DNA of 64,000 nucleotides from Longimicrobiales bacterium. Its GTDB lineage: Bacteria; Gemmatimonadota; Gemmatimonadetes; Longimicrobiales; Gaopeijiaceae. Each line of letters begins with the position of its first letter. The first letter of the stretch is position 1. Positions 1-15,533 of this stretch are shown here, piece after piece. Where the stretch lies: contig CBDAON010000004.1 of NCBI GenBank assembly GCA_965198065.1, positions 1,824,001-1,888,000 of the forward strand, read 5' to 3'. The translations under genes and the position numbers were made by a program. The notes beneath the pieces were generated by a model that was not told the origin of the DNA, ran no database searches, and saw nothing but the letters and a program-made list of their open reading frames with translations.

Positions 1-303
1 CCGGACGAGGCGGGGCGCCGATAACGTGGACAGCATCGCGAGCGCCATCTTGCCGCCAACGCCGGAGGCCCCGAGCAAACGCTGGAAGAGGGCCCGCTCC
101 CCGGGGTCGAGGAACCCGTAGAGCGCCGCCTGGTCCTCCCGGAGCACGTGCACGGTGCGCAACTCGATCTCCTTCCCGAGGGCCGGGAGCCGCTCGGCCA
201 CCGTCAGGGGAACGGCGACCTCGTACACGACGCCACCCGGCGTCGCGATCTCGACGCCCTCCATGCCCCGGGCCACCAGGGTGCCGCGGATCCGGCCGAT
301 CAT
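1..303 (-). CDS. ruvA: Holliday junction branch migration protein RuvA (partial, runs off window start)
   Basis: Manual translation from ATG at 303: MIGRIRGTLV...VHVLREDQAALYGFLDPGERALFQRLLGASGVGGKMALAMLS. This is the RuvA OB-fold plus HhH motif, and the gene lies directly downstream of ruvC. Confidence 0.93.
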   Translation of the reverse strand, partial: MIGRIRGTLVARGMEGVEIATPGGVVYEVAVPLTVAERLPALGKEIELRTVHVLREDQAALYGFLDPGERALFQRLLGASGVGGKMALAMLSTLSAPRLVR

Positions 304-313
304 CGGAGGATCG

Positions 314-865
314 CTACCCAGAGCCCCGCGCGAACCGGTGCGGCAGGACCCCGCTCGGGACGCCGTCGACCCCCAGGACGAAGTGGCAGAGCGCGGCCGC
401 CACCCCATCCGCAGCATCCGAGGGGACGGGCGGCTCCTTCAACCGCAGGCGCTCCTTGACCATGAAGCCCACCTGCGCCTTGGAGGCACCGCCGTTCCCC
501 ACGACCGCCTTCTTGATCTCACGCGGGGAGTACTCGCGAATGTCGAGGCTCCGGAGCGCGGCGGCGAGGAGGATCGCCCCGCGCGCGTGGCCGAGCACCA
601 GCGCGCTGCGCGCGTTCCTCCCGTGGAAGACGGACTCGACCGACACGACACCGGGGCGGAAGCGGTCGAGGAGCCCCTCCACCTCCTCGTAGATCTCGCG
701 GATCCGCTCCGCGAGAGGCGCTCTCGGGGTGGGTCTGAGCACCCCACATTCGAGGAGGGTGAGCCGCTGGCCGCCGTCCCGGGCGACGACCCCGTAGCCC
801 GTGACCATGGTGCCCGGGTCGATCCCGACCACCGTGAGACGTAGATCCGGGCCCGATCCGGTCAC
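314..865 (-). CDS. ruvC: Crossover junction endodeoxyribonuclease RuvC
   Basis: Motifs VVGIDPG, SVESVF, LGHARG, IKKAVVGNGGASKAQV and DAADGVA; yebC-ruvC-ruvA synteny. Confidence 0.96.
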   Translation of the reverse strand: MTGSGPDLRLTVVGIDPGTMVTGYGVVARDGGQRLTLLECGVLRPTPRAPLAERIREIYEEVEGLLDRFRPGVVSVESVFHGRNARSALVLGHARGAILLAAALRSLDIREYSPREIKKAVVGNGGASKAQVGFMVKERLRLKEPPVPSDAADGVAAALCHFVLGVDGVPSGVLPHRFARGSG

Positions 866-875
866 GGGCGTTCCG

Positions 876-1625
876 TCACGACATCGCCCCGACGAGGATC
901 TTCTCGTCGATGTTCGCGTTCGAGGAGACCCTCTGCACGTCGTCGTGGCTGTCCAGAGCGTCGAGAAGCTTCAGGAGCCGCTGCGCCTCCACTCCCGTCA
1001 CGGGGACCTCGCTCTGTGGGATCATCGCGAGCTCCGCCTGGGAGAACTCGATGCCCGCCTTCCCGAGCGCGTTCTGGACGCCGTGGAGTGCACTCACCTC
1101 GGTGGTGACGACGAACTCGCCGGAGAGCGACTCCACGTCCTCCGCGCCCACATCCAGCGCAGCCTCGAGAACGGCTTCCTCGTGGTAGCGCTTCGCGTCC
1201 ACGTAGATCTGTCCCTTCCGATCGAACTGCCAGGCGACTGACCCGGTCGTCCCGAGGTTCCCACCGTGGCGCTCAAGGCGGTGCCGGATCTCGGCCACCG
1301 TGCGATTTAGGTTGTCCGTCGTGGCCTCAATGTAGAGGGCGACGCCCCCCGGGCCGTAGGCCTCGTACACGACTTCCTCATAGGAGACCCCCTCGAGCTC
1401 TCCCGTCCCGCGCTTGATCGCGCGATCGATGTTCTCCTGCGGCATGTTCGCCGCCTTCGCCGTATCGACCGCGAGCCGGAGCCGCGGATTGAAGTCCGGT
1501 TCACCCCCGCCCTCGCGGGCCGCAACCGTGATCTCACGGATTAGGCGCGTGAAGGCCTGGCCGCGCTTCGCGTCGACGACGGCCTTCTTTCTCTTAATCT
1601 GCGCCCACTTGCTGTGACCCGACAC
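876..1625 (-). CDS. yebC: YebC/PmpR family protein
   Basis: N-terminus (V)SGHSKWAQIKRKK, plus NPRLRLA, YEAYGPGG and DDVQRV. GTG start at 1625. Confidence 0.96.
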   Translation of the reverse strand: MSGHSKWAQIKRKKAVVDAKRGQAFTRLIREITVAAREGGGEPDFNPRLRLAVDTAKAANMPQENIDRAIKRGTGELEGVSYEEVVYEAYGPGGVALYIEATTDNLNRTVAEIRHRLERHGGNLGTTGSVAWQFDRKGQIYVDAKRYHEEAVLEAALDVGAEDVESLSGEFVVTTEVSALHGVQNALGKAGIEFSQAELAMIPQSEVPVTGVEAQRLLKLLDALDSHDDVQRVSSNANIDEKILVGAMS

Positions 1626-1759
1626 AGGTTCTCCAGTGATACTCCGCTCACCATGCACGCTGCGATCCCGCCGCGCGAAGGCGGAAGCCGAAGGTGGAGC
1701 CGAGATTGGGAAAATATAAGGGATCGAGCGGGCCGGTCCGAGGGAAGCTTGGCAGGTCG

Positions 1760-2605
1760 CTAGTTCGAGCGGCGCCTTCTCGACACCTCGTCAAGGACCT
1801 TGCGCTCCTCGTCGGTGAGGGCGCCCATGCCCCTGGCGGAGATCTTGTCGAGGATGCGGTCCACCTCGTCCAGGAGCTCCTCCTCGCGTCGGCGCGCGCC
1901 GGAATCCCGCCGACCGCCGGACTGCTTTCCCTCCACCTCTTCCCTCGATTCCTTCCGCGGCACGATCGCGAACCGGCGAGTCTCCGCGGAGGCACGTACC
2001 TCTCCGATCCGGGCAGAGAGGCGGTCGCCGAACTTCAGGTAACCCACTCCGGTGAGCAACCCTCCCAGATGGGCGAAGTGGGCGATGCCTCCACCCGCAC
2101 CTCCGAACGCGCTCAGGAAGGTCAAGACGAAGAAGAAGCCCACGAGCCACTTCGCCTTCACTGGGAAGATCCCCCAGACATAAATGGGGGCCTCGGGCCA
2201 GTACCATGCGAACGCCAGCATGATGCCGTAGACGGCCGCCGATGCCCCGATGATGGCCGCGCCCGGCGCGAAGACGAAGCTCAAGAACACCCCGCCCATC
2301 CCGCAGAGCAGGTAGTACTTGATGAACTCGGAGGAGCCCCAGCGGCCCTCGAGCGGCGGGCCGAAGAAGAAGAGCACCAACATGTTCAGCAGAAGATGCC
2401 AGACGTCTCCGTGCACGAACATGTACGTGATCGCGCCCCATGGCCGCGTGAACGCGTGCTGAGGCGAGAAACCGAACCACTCATAGAAGAAGGTCCCGCC
2501 CACGATCACGGATAGCAGGAAGACCGCCGTGTTCGCGATGAGCAGCCGCTTGACCCAGAGGGTCACGTTGTATCCAAAGCCGAAGCGCTGCGTCGCGTAC
2601 GACAT
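1760..2605 (-). CDS. Rhomboid family intramembrane serine protease with soluble C-terminal extension
   Basis: TYMFVHG..HLLLNM, GASAA (catalytic Ser), AHFAHLGG (catalytic His) and a C-terminal VDRILDKIS..G. Probable ATG at 2605. Confidence 0.9.
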   Translation of the reverse strand: MSYATQRFGFGYNVTLWVKRLLIANTAVFLLSVIVGGTFFYEWFGFSPQHAFTRPWGAITYMFVHGDVWHLLLNMLVLFFFGPPLEGRWGSSEFIKYYLLCGMGGVFLSFVFAPGAAIIGASAAVYGIMLAFAWYWPEAPIYVWGIFPVKAKWLVGFFFVLTFLSAFGGAGGGIAHFAHLGGLLTGVGYLKFGDRLSARIGEVRASAETRRFAIVPRKESREEVEGKQSGGRRDSGARRREEELLDEVDRILDKISARGMGALTDEERKVLDEVSRRRRSN

Positions 2606-2670
2606 GGACCACCGAGTGGGAGGACAGAGCAGACCGGAGAGGGCCGACCGACCATTGTACCTCTCGCGTG

Positions 2671-5188
<2,518 letters not shown>

Positions 5189-5246
5189 CTAGCAGGTCGC
5201 AGAAAGAGGGGGGCGAGCCACGTTACGACCGAGCCGGCGGCCCGAC

Positions 5247-5656
5247 TCATGGGAGGCCACCGGATCCGCTGATACCGGAAGGGACGACGTTGCGCGAAAA
5301 GAGCACCGGAAGCGTAGCCCACATCCGAACGCGCTCCCCGCTCCTTCGCCCCGGCTGAAATCGAAGATCCCGAACGCCCGCCACGGCTGCCGAGTCCAGG
5401 GCCGCGTGCCCCGAGGACCCGGAGACTTCGACCGAGTCCACCGTACCTACGTCGGTCACGCGCACCCGGAGGATCGTTTCCCCCTCGAGCCCCTGGTCCC
5501 ACATGCTGAGCGGATACTCGATCGGCTCCTCGCCGTAGAGGGGGACGGGCTGCTGGATCTCGTCTGGCCCGAAGCAGCCGGCCAGACTTAGCGGAACCAG
5601 CCAGCGGAGCCCAACCGCCCGGCGCCCGGGCGGACAACGGACGGAGCGGCGGCGCG

Positions 5657-5660
<4 letters not shown>
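5247..5660 (-). CDS. Small TonB C-terminal domain lipoprotein
   Basis: Lipobox-like LAGC, then YPLSMWDQGLEGETILRVRV..G.V...SSG..LD.AA....RFQPG. The ATG overlaps the mutS stop. Confidence 0.75.
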
Positions 5661-8316
<2,656 letters not shown>

Positions 8317-8320
<4 letters not shown>

Positions 8321-10653
8321 CGCCCGACCCGGAACCGCCGGAGCCGGTTCGCGTTCGCCACGACGGTGACCGAGCTGAAGGCCATCGCGGCCCCCGCGAT
8401 CATCGGGGAGAGGAGGACTCGGAACGCGGGGTAGAGCGCTCCGGCCGCGATCGGGATCGCCGCGGCGTTGTATACGAACGCCCCGAAGAGGTTCTGCTTC
8501 ATGTTCCGTACGGCCGCGAGCGAGAGCTCGATCGCGTCGGCGACGCCGTGAAGCGATCCGCCCATGAGCACGATGTCCGCGGTCTCCATCGCCACGTCGG
8601 TGCCGCTTCCGATCGCGATCCCCACGTCGGCCCGAGCCAGGGCGGGGGCATCGTTCACGCCGTCCCCGACCATCGCGACGGCTCCGCCAACCTCCGCCCG
8701 AAGAGCGTCGATGGCACGCCCCTTCTCGTCCGGCCAGACTCCCGCAAGCACCCGGGAGATACCCACCCGGTCGGCGACCGCCCTGGCCGTCCGCTCGTTG
8801 TCGCCCGTGAGCATGACGACCTCGAGCCCCATCGACTTCAGTCGGGCGACCGCGGCGCCCGAGTCGGGCTTCTCGCGGTCGGCCAGCCCGAGCACGCCCG
8901 CCGCACGGCCGTCCACCGAGACCAGGGCAGGTGTCTTCCCCTCGGCCCCCAGCCCGTCCCACGCCCCCTGAAGCCCCTCGATATCCACGCCCTGGTCCCG
9001 GAGGAAGCCGGCCTTCCCGACGACGACCGTGCGTCCGTCCACGATCGCTCTCACGCCGCCGCCGCTCAGCGCCTCGAAGGCCTCGACCCTCAGCGGCGGC
9101 CTGACGGAAACGGACTCCCGGGAGCGCCCGGCCTCGGTCACAGCCCGGCCCAGCGGATGCTCGGATCCCGCCTCGGCCGCGGCCGCAAAGCGAAGGAGCT
9201 CGTCCTCGGTGAAGGGCGGGAGGGGGATCACGTCCGTGAGGGACGGTTCGCCCACCGTGATCGTCCCGGTCTTGTCCAGGATCGCGGCGCGGAGCCGGCG
9301 CGCCTTCTGGAGCGCTTCGCCGCTTCGGACGAGGATCCCGTTCTCGGCCGCCTTCCCGATCGCGATCATGACGGAGATGGGCGTGGCCAGCCCCAGGGCG
9401 CACGGGCACGAGATCACCAGCACCGAAATCGCGACCACCACGGCATAGCTCAGCGGGGGCTCCGGCCCGAGGAGGTACCAGATCACGAACGTGACGGCCG
9501 ACAGGGCCACGACCGTGGGAACGAACACGCCCGACACGCGGTCCACGAGCTTCTGGATCGGGGGCTTCGAGCCCTGCGCCTCCCGCACGAGCTCGACGAT
9601 GCGGGCCAGGACCGTGTCCTTCCCCACGCGGGTCGCCCGCATGCGGAAGCTCCCGGAGCGGTTGATCGTTCCTCCCACGACGTCGTCACCCGGCCCTTTC
9701 TCCACGGGCAGGCTCTCGCCCGTCACCATGGATTCGTCCACCGCGCTCGACCCGTCCGTCACCGTTCCGTCCACGGGGACCCGCTCTCCCGGTCGCGCGA
9801 CGAGCACGTCGCCGATCACGATCTCCTCGGCGGGGATCTCGACCTCTCGATCCTCCCGGATGACACGGGCGGTGCGGGGCCGGAGGTCCATGAGGGCCCG
9901 GAGCGCTCCGGCCGTGGTACCGCGCGCTCGTGCCTCGAGCGCCTGTCCCAGGACGACGAGCGTGATCACGACAGCCGCGGCCTCGAAGAACGGGTGTGCC
10001 GTTCCCACCGGGAAAGCGGACGGCACGGCCACTGCCGCGACGGAATAGAGGAAGGCCGAGCCCGTCCCGAGCGCGACCAGCGTGTCCATGTTGGCCTGCC
10101 TGACCCGGGCCGCCTTCCACGCTCCCTCGAAGAAGCTCCTGCCCACCCATCCGACGATGGGGACGGTGAGCACCCCCGACAGAATCCAGAGCGAGCGGAG
10201 CACCGATGGATCGAGACCCCGGAGCGCCGGAATCCACTCGTAGTGGCCGAAGAGGAGCACCGGAACGGAGAGGACCGTGCCGACCCGAAAGCGCCGGAAG
10301 AGGATGCGCGCCCGATCCTCCCACTCCCCGGCGCTCGTGCCTGCGGCGCCGTGGTCCTGGTGGTGGTCGTGCTCCGAGGGGGCTCGCTCGCGCACGGCGT
10401 AGCCCGCCCCCTCCACGGCCGCCGCCATCTCCTTCTGACCGACGCGGGCCGGGTCGAAACGGACGCGAGCCTCCTCGGTCACGAGGCTCACCGACGCCTC
10501 GACGACTCCGCCCACGGAGCCGAGCGCCCGCTCGACCGCCGAAACGCACGCGGCGCAGTGCATCCCTTCGATGGGGAGGACCGCGCGGTCGAGATCCGCC
10601 TCCCGCACCGCGGGAGGTGTCGTGGATTCGGTGGCTCGAGAGCTGGGTGACAT
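8317..10653 (-). CDS. copA: Copper-translocating P1B-type ATPase
   Basis: GMHCAAC metal-binding domain, His-rich linker, [31 protein letters not shown] and MxxSS (P1B-1 Cu+ signature). Confidence 0.93.
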
Positions 10654-10812
10654 CGTCTGTGGGACTTCGCCGGGCGGCGAGTCGAGCTTCGGGAGTGACG
10701 CCCTAGGGATGCCTAGGAATCCCCGAAAGCAGGGCTCAAGTTCCGGAACTCCGCACGGGACCGACGGCCCGAGAAGCGCGAAGGGCGCTCTCCGTGGCGC
10801 CTCCGGGGCCGG

Positions 10813-11378
10813 TCAGAGGATGCCGCTCGCCCAGGCCCAGAAGAGCAGGATCGCCAAAAGCGTGGCGAAACCGATGACGGGGAGCGCCTTCTTCAGGATG
10901 TAGCTCGCCGGACCCTCGGCCGCGGCGCCCTTCTCCGAGAAATCACGAGCGCCGCGACCTGATCACTTCGAGCTCCCGGAGGTTTTGAAGAGCGTGCGGA
11001 GCTTCTGGTCGAGCACCGCCGGATCACCGGCTTCGTGATGAAGTGGTTTCCGCCCAGGCCGTAGCTCTCGGCGATGTCCTCGTCCCGGTCCGACGAGGTG
11101 AGCACGGCGACGGGGATACGGCGGTGCTCGTGGCTCCCCTTCAGGTGCTGGAGCACCTCGTGCCCGGAGCGACCGGGCATGTGAAGGTCCAGGAGGAGCA
11201 AGTCCGGCTGCTCCTCCGCCACCATGGCGACAGCCTCGTCCCCGTCCCGGGCCCTCCGCAGAACCACGTGTCCGTCCGTAGCCCGCTCGAGCGCCATCTG
11301 AATGAGGAGCGCATGGTCGTCGTTGTCGTCGGCGATCAGCACCCTCCAGGTCTTCCTACCCCCGGAAACCCGGCTCAC
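10813..11378 (-). CDS. Response regulator receiver protein, probably with a C-terminal transmembrane helix (frameshifts at about 10950-11030)
   Basis: Receiver motifs VLIADDND, LLLLDLHMP, VLTSS and FITKP. An alternative frame continues ...SYILKKALPVIGFATLLAILLFWAWASGIL* to a stop at 10813. Confidence 0.7.
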
Positions 11379-12210
11379 GACACACCTCCTCCTCGAGCGC
11401 CCCATCGGACGATACCACGGCCTGGAACCCCAACTCCCTGAGGACTGCCGCGCGCGCTTCCGCTTCCTCGCGGGTGGCGAACCGCTCGAGGCGGACGCGA
11501 AGCAACTCGCTTCCCTCGACCTGCACCAGTCGAGGCTCCAGCCCCTCCGAGCGAGCCTCCAACATGACCGACAGGGCGCGCTGTTCAGTGGCGAACGCTC
11601 CTAATTGTATGGTGAAGGGATCGGTTTCGGTACGATCGGGGGGGACCGAAGAACCGATGTCGTCCGCCGGAGGGGAGACGGGCGGGGGATCCGGGGACAC
11701 GGGTGGGGTCGGCGGAGGCTCCGCCGCCCCCTCGAGCCTCACGAGCAGGGAACGTGCCTCGACGCGAAGCGGGCTTTCGGGGTAGTCGCGGAAAAGGGTG
11801 CTCAGGTGCTGCCGGGCCGCCTCGGGGTCGCCTCTCGCCTGCTCCACGTGGGCGAGCCGCACCAGCGCGTGATCGGCGTGCGCTCCACCCGGGTACTCCA
11901 CGACGATCCGGTGGTAATCCAGGGCGGCGGCGTCCGAGTCCACCGTGAGGAGCGCACGGAGCCACACGCCCCGCTCCCGATCGGCGCGGGAGGCCGAAGA
12001 CCACTGCTCATCGATCCACTGGACAAGCGCGGCCCTCGCCGGCTCGTAGCGGCCCTCGTCGGCCAGTCGCTCTACCGCGTCCAGCTCCCCGTTCTGAGCC
12101 CGGAGGGGACCGGGAGAGGCCGTCCAGAGCGCTGCGAGCACGATGGCGGCCAGGCCGCGGTGAGCTCCCTTGACCATTCCGGCCCCAGGCCGAACGACGA
12201 GCGACCTCAT
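11356..12210 (-). CDS. Exported TPR plus SPOR domain protein
   Basis: Signal peptide, TPR-like YPGGAHADHALVRLA..DYPES, Pro-rich linker and C-terminal FTIQLGAFAT...RVRL SPOR motif. Confidence 0.8.
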   Translation of the reverse strand: MRSLVVRPGAGMVKGAHRGLAAIVLAALWTASPGPLRAQNGELDAVERLADEGRYEPARAALVQWIDEQWSSASRADRERGVWLRALLTVDSDAAALDYHRIVVEYPGGAHADHALVRLAHVEQARGDPEAARQHLSTLFRDYPESPLRVEARSLLVRLEGAAEPPPTPPVSPDPPPVSPPADDIGSSVPPDRTETDPFTIQLGAFATEQRALSVMLEARSEGLEPRLVQVEGSELLRVRLERFATREEAEARAAVLRELGFQAVVSSDGALEEEVCREPGFRG

Positions 12211-13208
12211 GCCGCTTCCCTCTCCACCATCCGCTCGAGGAGCCACCCCTCGAGCAGGACGAGAGCGGCGACCTGGCCCGACTTCAGCCGCCGGTCCGTC
12301 TGGAGGAGCCCCACGACGGCCCGCCGAAGCTCGTCCCGTGTCCAGCGCTGCGCCTGCTGGTGGAGGCGCCGAGCGAGGAACCGCTGCCTGGGGGGCAGGG
12401 CACGACCGAGAGCCGCGGCTCCGCCCTCACTGGCGAGGCCCAGCCGTAGAACGTGAGTCCCGAGCCCCAGCACGAGGCCCACGCCCGTCTCGCCATGCTG
12501 GAGGAGGACGGGCAGCCCACTGAGCGCCTCCTGGAACCGCTTCTCACCGACGAGATCGAACCACCTCCATCGATCCTGACGCGGGATCCGCGTCCCCGCC
12601 GCCTCGACCACCTCGCGAGTGATCCGCCCGCCCTCCCCTACCAGAGTGCTCAGCTTCTCCAGCTCGTGCGCCAGGACCTGAAGGTCGCTGCCTACCGCCT
12701 GGGCGAGCGCACGGGCCGCCTCCTCGTCGAGCTCGCGCGCGAACGACTCGCGGCTCCAGTCCATCAGCCACCCGGGCAGGTCGTTGGGGTCCGGCTCGGG
12801 GAACTCGATCGCCCGCGCGCTCCGCTCGAGGTCGCGATAGAACCGCGCGGAGGACCTCGCCGGCACTGTGCACAGGAGGATCAGCACGAGCCCTGGGGGA
12901 GGAGCCTTCACCGTCTCGACGAGCAGCTCCCGAGCTTTCGGCGACGAGGCGAGCGCCTGGGTCTCGCGCACGAGCACGACGCGCCAGGCTGCCATCATGG
13001 GGGGAGTCGCGACGAAGGAGGCGAGATCGTCCACGCGCGCCTCCGATCCCCGCACGACGTCGAGGTTGAAGTCTCGGGCGGCTGGCTCCAGATATGCGTC
13101 GCGCAGAGCCTCGGCGAAGCGCTCCTTCCCGTATTCGTCGGCACCGTGGAGATAGAAAACGCCGCCTCGCTCTTCCTTCAGGACCGCCTCGAGGTCCGCC
13201 CGGATCAT
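12207..13208 (-). CDS. holA: DNA polymerase III subunit delta
   Basis: FYLHGADEY, DFNLD, PPMMAAWRVVLV, HELEKL and DRRLKSG; 333 aa. Confidence 0.88.
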   Translation of the reverse strand: MIRADLEAVLKEERGGVFYLHGADEYGKERFAEALRDAYLEPAARDFNLDVVRGSEARVDDLASFVATPPMMAAWRVVLVRETQALASSPKARELLVETVKAPPPGLVLILLCTVPARSSARFYRDLERSARAIEFPEPDPNDLPGWLMDWSRESFARELDEEAARALAQAVGSDLQVLAHELEKLSTLVGEGGRITREVVEAAGTRIPRQDRWRWFDLVGEKRFQEALSGLPVLLQHGETGVGLVLGLGTHVLRLGLASEGGAAALGRALPPRQRFLARRLHQQAQRWTRDELRRAVVGLLQTDRRLKSGQVAALVLLEGWLLERMVEREAA

Positions 13209-13215
13209 TCCTCGG

Positions 13216-13779
13216 TCAGCGGAGCCCGGTGCGCACCAGCTCCGGTTCCCTGTTGCGCTGGTAGAGGCGGGAGTGCTCGTACAGCAGCACGTTCGAGCCG
13301 GCCCAGAGGTCCAAGCTCTCGAGCCAGGACGCCGGTTCCGCGCGGGGAGTCCCCGAGCCGACCACGGAGATCCGCAACGACGGCTCGGGATCCCCGTCCT
13401 CTGCGGGCCCTTGGACTACGATGGGAGCCAGCTCGACGGACGGGTCGAAATCCCACACCAACTGGGCCCCGAGGACGATCGCGAGCACGGTCCAAGCCGC
13501 CACCAGGAGCATCATGGGTGAGGCGCCCAGGGCATGCCGCTTCCGCCTTTCCTCGTCCTCGAACCGATAGATGGAATAGCGGAGCCGCTCCCGGAAGTCC
13601 TCCCTCGGCCGGGAGGGCGGAAGCTTCCGGAGAAGCTCCACTCCCCTACAGAACACGGCGAGGTAACGGGCGCAGGAGCGGCACCGCGCCAGGTGCTCTT
13701 CGAAGGCCGCGCGGCCTTCTAGGGCCGGGTCGGTATCGTGGTACTCTGAGAACCGGGCGAGGAACTCGGCGCACTTCAT
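13216..13779 (-). CDS. Zinc-binding (zf-HC2/ZAS) transmembrane anti-sigma factor
   Basis: MKCAEF...EHLARCRSC (HxxxCxxC), one TM segment, downstream of the ECF sigma gene. Confidence 0.85.
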   Translation of the reverse strand: MKCAEFLARFSEYHDTDPALEGRAAFEEHLARCRSCARYLAVFCRGVELLRKLPPSRPREDFRERLRYSIYRFEDEERRKRHALGASPMMLLVAAWTVLAIVLGAQLVWDFDPSVELAPIVVQGPAEDGDPEPSLRISVVGSGTPRAEPASWLESLDLWAGSNVLLYEHSRLYQRNREPELVRTGLR

Positions 13780-14062
13780 GGCACGCGACCTTCCACGGAA
13801 TGTCCAATGCGCTGAAGTCACGGGGGCCCCACGAGCTCAAGGTCGGCACCGGGGGCACGGGTGCAAGGTTCTACTGAGGGTCGCCGCGTCGGGTTCCACG
13901 GAGCTAGGCTCCGGCCTAGAACGGGCTCGCGGGAGCCTGACCGGGCGCCGCGTGCTAGGGACGCTCAGCACGGGTACGGCGGCCAGCGCAGGTGGCGCCC
14001 GCGCAGTAGCGCGGGAACGACGACGAGGCGTTGGCGGGAGACGGCGAACGCCTCCGGAGGAG

Positions 14063-14713
14063 TCAGGCCACCATGGGGGCTACGATGCGCGCGAAGTTGT
14101 TCCGGGCCCGGTTCAGACGGCTCTTCACCGTTCCGAGATTCGTGTCGGTGATCTCGGCGATCTCCTCGTAGGTGCGGCCTTCGAGCTCTCTCAGGACGAA
14201 CACGATCCGGTGGTGCTCCGGCAGATCCTGGACGGCCCTGTCCACGACCTCCTTCAGGTGCCGCTTGCGGAAGAGATCGTCCGGCTTCAGAGACTCGTCC
14301 TCCCATTCGAGCGGGCGGTGGTCGGCGTCCCAGTTCTTCTTCAGCGTCTGGAAGAGGACGAGGGGGTTTCGCGACCGGTTCCTGAGCTCGTTCTTCGCCA
14401 GGTTGCTCGCGATCGTATAGATCCAGGTCGAAAATTTCTTGCTCTGGTCGAAGCGCTGCAGGTGCCGGTACACCCGCACGAACGTTTCCTGGACCAGGTC
14501 CTGCGCTCGCTCCCGATCGCCCACCGTACGGTATACGAAGTTGACCAGGCGGGCATCGTAGCGATCGACCAGTTCCCCGAAGGCGCGCTGCTCGCCCTCC
14601 AGGAAGCGCTGAACCACCTGACTGTCCGTGAGGGACCGTAGCTCCTCGCGCGTTTGGTGAGCGGGTGTGCCCACCACCGCTACGTCCGCTTCGTACCTTT
14701 CCTGAGCCCGCAT
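14063..14713 (-). CDS. ECF RNA polymerase sigma factor
   Basis: Region 2 AQDLVQETF..FSTWIYTIASN and region 4 [30 protein letters not shown] precedes ATG 14713. Confidence 0.93.
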   Translation of the reverse strand: MRAQERYEADVAVVGTPAHQTREELRSLTDSQVVQRFLEGEQRAFGELVDRYDARLVNFVYRTVGDRERAQDLVQETFVRVYRHLQRFDQSKKFSTWIYTIASNLAKNELRNRSRNPLVLFQTLKKNWDADHRPLEWEDESLKPDDLFRKRHLKEVVDRAVQDLPEHHRIVFVLRELEGRTYEEIAEITDTNLGTVKSRLNRARNNFARIVAPMVA

Positions 14714-14921
14714 CGTCCACCTCCTCCCGGCGAAGGCTGGCCCCCTCACTCAGCGGAAGACGGGTACGCCTTGCTCCGAATGTACGGTGCAGGAAGCATA
14801 CCAGAAACATTTGGGGGGGGAAGCCCCGTGCCTCCGGGCTTCTCGGGTGCCTCGCGCGTACGCTGTCCTCCCCGGAGGACGCCGGGGGCGAGCGGCATGG
14901 GACAGGTCGGGATTTGCGTCG

Positions 14922-15533
14922 CTATCGGGCCGGCACGGGCCGTCCCTCCTCCCATGCGGCCGCAAGGAAGCAGGCCGCGAACAGGAGCGCGACGACGCTC
15001 TTCGCGTCCACGATCTCCCCGGCCCCCACCCGACGGTGAGCCTCGGATAGGGGGAGGGTCACGACCTCGATGAACTCGTCGGGATCCCGACGCCCGACCC
15101 GTTGGCGGAGCTCTGCAGCCCCGAAGATATGGACGACCTCGTCCGTGAAGCCGGGGGTCGTGAAGATTGCCGTGAGGTACCGGAGCTCCCCCGCCTCGTA
15201 CCCCGTCTCCTCCAAGAGCTCCCTAGACGCGCACTCCTCCCACGGCTCCTCCCGAGAGTCGGGAACGCCGGCCGGGACCTCGTACAGGACGCCGCCGGCC
15301 GCGTACCGGTACTGGCGGAGGAGGAGGATCGGCGGATCGGGATCGAGTGGGGATTCAAAGAAGGGGAGAACGGCGGCCGCCCCCGGGTGCCGGACAAGTT
15401 CCAGGGCGCCGACGCTCCCGTCCGGAAATCGCACGGTGTCTTTGCTCAGCCGGACCACTCGGCCATCGTAGATCTCCTCCCGCGCGATGCGCGCGGTCCC
15501 GTGGCCGCCACTCCTTCCGGCCGGCGTGGTCAT
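14922..15533 (-). CDS. NUDIX hydrolase (ADP-ribose pyrophosphatase-like)
   Basis: HPGAAAV, RQYRY, EVPAG, Nudix box RELLEETGY, TPGFTDE and IVDAKS. Confidence 0.9.
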   Translation of the reverse strand: MTTPAGRSGGHGTARIAREEIYDGRVVRLSKDTVRFPDGSVGALELVRHPGAAAVLPFFESPLDPDPPILLLRQYRYAAGGVLYEVPAGVPDSREEPWEECASRELLEETGYEAGELRYLTAIFTTPGFTDEVVHIFGAAELRQRVGRRDPDEFIEVVTLPLSEAHRRVGAGEIVDAKSVVALLFAACFLAAAWEEGRPVPAR

